Of a stretch of DNA of 64,000 nucleotides, positions 61,650 to 64,000 are shown piece by piece. Source of the stretch: Bacteroidales bacterium M6 (GTDB lineage Bacteria > Bacteroidota > Bacteroidia > Bacteroidales > Muribaculaceae); the NCBI GenBank assembly GCA_001689485.1, contig LUJQ01000003.1:34677-98676 (forward strand), written 5' to 3'. Both the position numbers and the translations under genes were made by a program. Under the pieces are notes generated by a model, which saw nothing but the letters and a program-made list of their open reading frames with translations, searched no databases and was not told the DNA's origin. Numbering within the stretch: the stretch's first letter is position 1; each line of letters begins with the position of its first letter.

Positions 61650-63080
61650 ATGAAAACAATGCTTGCAATGAAACTTTCCGCCAAAATCCGCCCCCTGTTG
61701 GTAACCGGAGCGTTAGCCGCATCACTGGCTGCCGTGGCCGATACGCCAAAATATATATTCTATTTCATAGGCGACGGCATGGGCATACCCGAGGTAACGA
61801 ACGCACAGCTGTATAACAAAAACGTGCTGAAAAATGAGAAGCCTTTGGTTATGACCACCTTCCCCGTCGCTTCCATGGCAACTACACATTCGGCAAACTC
61901 CGACGTTACCGATTCGGCGGCAGCAGGCACAGCACTTGCCACCGGAGTAAAAACAAAAAACAGCATGCTGGGGATGAGCCCCGACACCACCGCGGTCACT
62001 TCGATTGCCAAAGTGCTGTTCGATGAAGGCTACGGGGTGGGGCTTGTAACATCCGTGGCCATCGACGATGCAACCCCCGGGGCATTTTACACCCATGTGG
62101 CAAACCGTAGCCAGTTTTACGACACCGGGCGGTTCCTGGCCGAATCGGGCTACCATTTCGCCGCAGGTGCCGCCCTGCGTGGAACAAAGGATAAAAAGGG
62201 CAATGACACCGGATTGCTCGATTATTTTGCAGAAAACAACGTCAGCATAAGCTACGGGCTTAACGATATCGACACAACGGCAGAACGCATCCTGGTACTC
62301 AGCCCGTTCCACAACGAACGGAACAACTCTATAGGTTATGCCATCGACTCAATCGCCGGGGCGTTGACACTGCCGCAGCTCACCCGTGCCGGGCTCGACC
62401 ACCTGATGCGTGTGTCGCCCGACAAATTCTTCATGATGGTTGAAGGCGGCGAAATCGACCATGCAGGCCATGGCAACGACGGAGGCACATCCTTACGCGA
62501 GGTAATCAGCCTCGACGAATCCATCCGCATCGCCTATGAATTCTATCTGCAACATCCCGACGAAACCCTGATTGTGGTAACCGCCGACCATGAGACAGGA
62601 GGGATGTCGGTAGGTTGCGCCGCCACAGGCTACAGTGTGCAGCCCCAGCACGCCGCCGCACAAAAAATATCAAAAGAGCTGTTCAACGAGTTCTGCAAAA
62701 CGAAATTCGAAAATAAAGAACCCTTTTCATGGACGGAGATGGAGCTGGTGCTCCGCGACAAACTCGGATTCTGGTCAACCGTAAGGCTTAATCCCGACGA
62801 GGAGGAGAGCATCAAAAACATGTTTACCGAAATTTTCGAAAAACATAATGACGTAGGCGAGGAAAAAACACTTTATTCATCCTACAACCAGTTTGTTGTG
62901 CGGGTGTTTGACATCCTCAACTACAAATCCGGATTCGGATGGACCACCACGCACCACACCGGCTCCCCCGTGCCTGTTTATGCCATAGGTGCCGACTGCA
63001 TGCTGTTCACCCCCTTGCAGGACAATACTGAAATCCCACGCAAAATCCTCAAAGCCGCAGGGCTGCAACTCCCGCAATAA
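61650..63080 (+). CDS. Alkaline phosphatase
   Basis: FIGDGMG, VTDSAAAGTA, DATP, MVEGGEIDHAGH, TADHETGG, HTG. Confidence 0.93.
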   Translation: MKTMLAMKLSAKIRPLLVTGALAASLAAVADTPKYIFYFIGDGMGIPEVTNAQLYNKNVLKNEKPLVMTTFPVASMATTHSANSDVTDSAAAGTALATGVKTKNSMLGMSPDTTAVTSIAKVLFDEGYGVGLVTSVAIDDATPGAFYTHVANRSQFYDTGRFLAESGYHFAAGAALRGTKDKKGNDTGLLDYFAENNVSISYGLNDIDTTAERILVLSPFHNERNNSIGYAIDSIAGALTLPQLTRAGLDHLMRVSPDKFFMMVEGGEIDHAGHGNDGGTSLREVISLDESIRIAYEFYLQHPDETLIVVTADHETGGMSVGCAATGYSVQPQHAAAQKISKELFNEFCKTKFENKEPFSWTEMELVLRDKLGFWSTVRLNPDEEESIKNMFTEIFEKHNDVGEEKTLYSSYNQFVVRVFDILNYKSGFGWTTTHHTGSPVPVYAIGADCMLFTPLQDNTEIPRKILKAAGLQLPQ

Positions 63081-63107
63081 ACGCCCCCTTACAAACTTTT
63101 CGCCACC

Positions 63108-63761
63108 ATGCTTGCCAAAGTAACGATGCTCCTGCTGGCTGCCACAGCCGCCTTTTCAATCCATGCCCTCGACTTGAAAGCCGTCGAGGTGGATGTGAAA
63201 ATGCATCCTGACAGATTCCGGGAGCTTCTTAACCGCTTTGAACAAGCCGACACCACGCTTACGCCGACCGAACTGGCAACCATATATTTCGGTTATTCTT
63301 TTACAGCCGGTTATGATCCCACCGAGTCATTCGATGAAATCGGCCAGGCATATGATTCCGGCAACTACGAACGGGCCTCGCAACTTTGCAAGGAGGCATT
63401 GGAACTGAATCCCGTATCGCTGGAGCTGAATGTACTGGCGCTGGCAGCAGCCGACCGTATGAGCGGGAAAGCGTATTCCGGGGCCGACATTCTGCACTTC
63501 GGGATAAGAAGCGACCTTATAGCCACAGCCATTCTGGAAAGCGGGCGCGGCACTATGGCCACATCGCCGTTCTTCGTAATATCGAAAGCCGATATGGAGC
63601 GGTTATTGACCAATGTGCTTGGCATAGAACGCATAGTCGACCGTACAAAGGTCGGAGATGTCGACGCCATAAAGGTAGTGTTTCCCGGAAGTGACCGGCA
63701 ACATATACTTTATTTCGACAACAGCCGCGAACAAATGTTCATGATTTCACAACCCCGATAA
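63108..63761 (+). CDS. Exported protein, DUF4919-like
   Basis: Signal peptide; RFEQADTTLT..E....YFGY, ILESGRG...SPFFV, LYFD. Confidence 0.65.
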   Translation: MLAKVTMLLLAATAAFSIHALDLKAVEVDVKMHPDRFRELLNRFEQADTTLTPTELATIYFGYSFTAGYDPTESFDEIGQAYDSGNYERASQLCKEALELNPVSLELNVLALAAADRMSGKAYSGADILHFGIRSDLIATAILESGRGTMATSPFFVISKADMERLLTNVLGIERIVDRTKVGDVDAIKVVFPGSDRQHILYFDNSREQMFMISQPR

Positions 63762-63775
63762 ACCCACGCCACCAC

Positions 63776-64000
63776 ATGAGCAACGAACAACCCAAATGGA
63801 CCGAAATCGAACACCTTCCCGAATGGGATGAGGATTTTTATGAGGTCTACACCGCAAAAAAACATGGCAAATGGGTGATGCTTAAAACCCTGCGGCCTGA
63901 ACTGCGCGACAAGCCCGAATATCGTGAGATGATTGAAAAGGAATTCGACGTGCGGTATAACCTGGCACACCCCAGCATCATCATGATTAACGATTTCGAA
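63776..64000 (+). CDS. N-terminal part of a Ser/Thr protein kinase-like protein (runs off the window)
   Basis: Hand translation MSNEQPKWTEIEHLPEWDEDFYEVYTAKKHGKWVMLKTLRPELRDKPEYREMIEKEFDVRYNLAHPSIIMINDFE shows subdomain II Lys, III Glu and LxHPxI. Confidence 0.7.
   Translation, partial: MSNEQPKWTEIEHLPEWDEDFYEVYTAKKHGKWVMLKTLRPELRDKPEYREMIEKEFDVRYNLAHPSIIMINDFE

Overview
Chromosomal 64-kb segment from a Bacteroidales bacterium, plausibly Muribaculaceae (inferred from TAnnTTTG promoters, T9SS-type C-terminal domains and gene content). It is mostly housekeeping genes (pldA, comM, pdxB, purD, rRNA methyltransferase, apt, mnmG, ybeY, pdxJ-exbBD-tonB, nadK, xerD, mscS, aminotransferase, argS). 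A perfect parS site beside mnmG suggests the window is near the replication origin. Accessory content: a cobalamin-riboswitch-controlled 1255-aa secreted protein, an 1898-aa C10 protease/LRR protein, a fucose operon and a fimbrial lipoprotein pair. The best candidates for undescribed biology are (1) a cutC + Png1/NGLY1-like transglutaminase-fold gene pair heading the fucI-fucP-mutarotase-GH29 operon, (2) a RAYT-type HUH nuclease fused to a DprA-like domain directly after comM and a perfect 26-bp palindrome, (3) a stand-alone ~65-nt candidate sRNA, and (4) several small non-coding repeat families. No rRNA, tRNA or CRISPR array was seen. All protein calls come from reading motifs by eye; no database searches were run.
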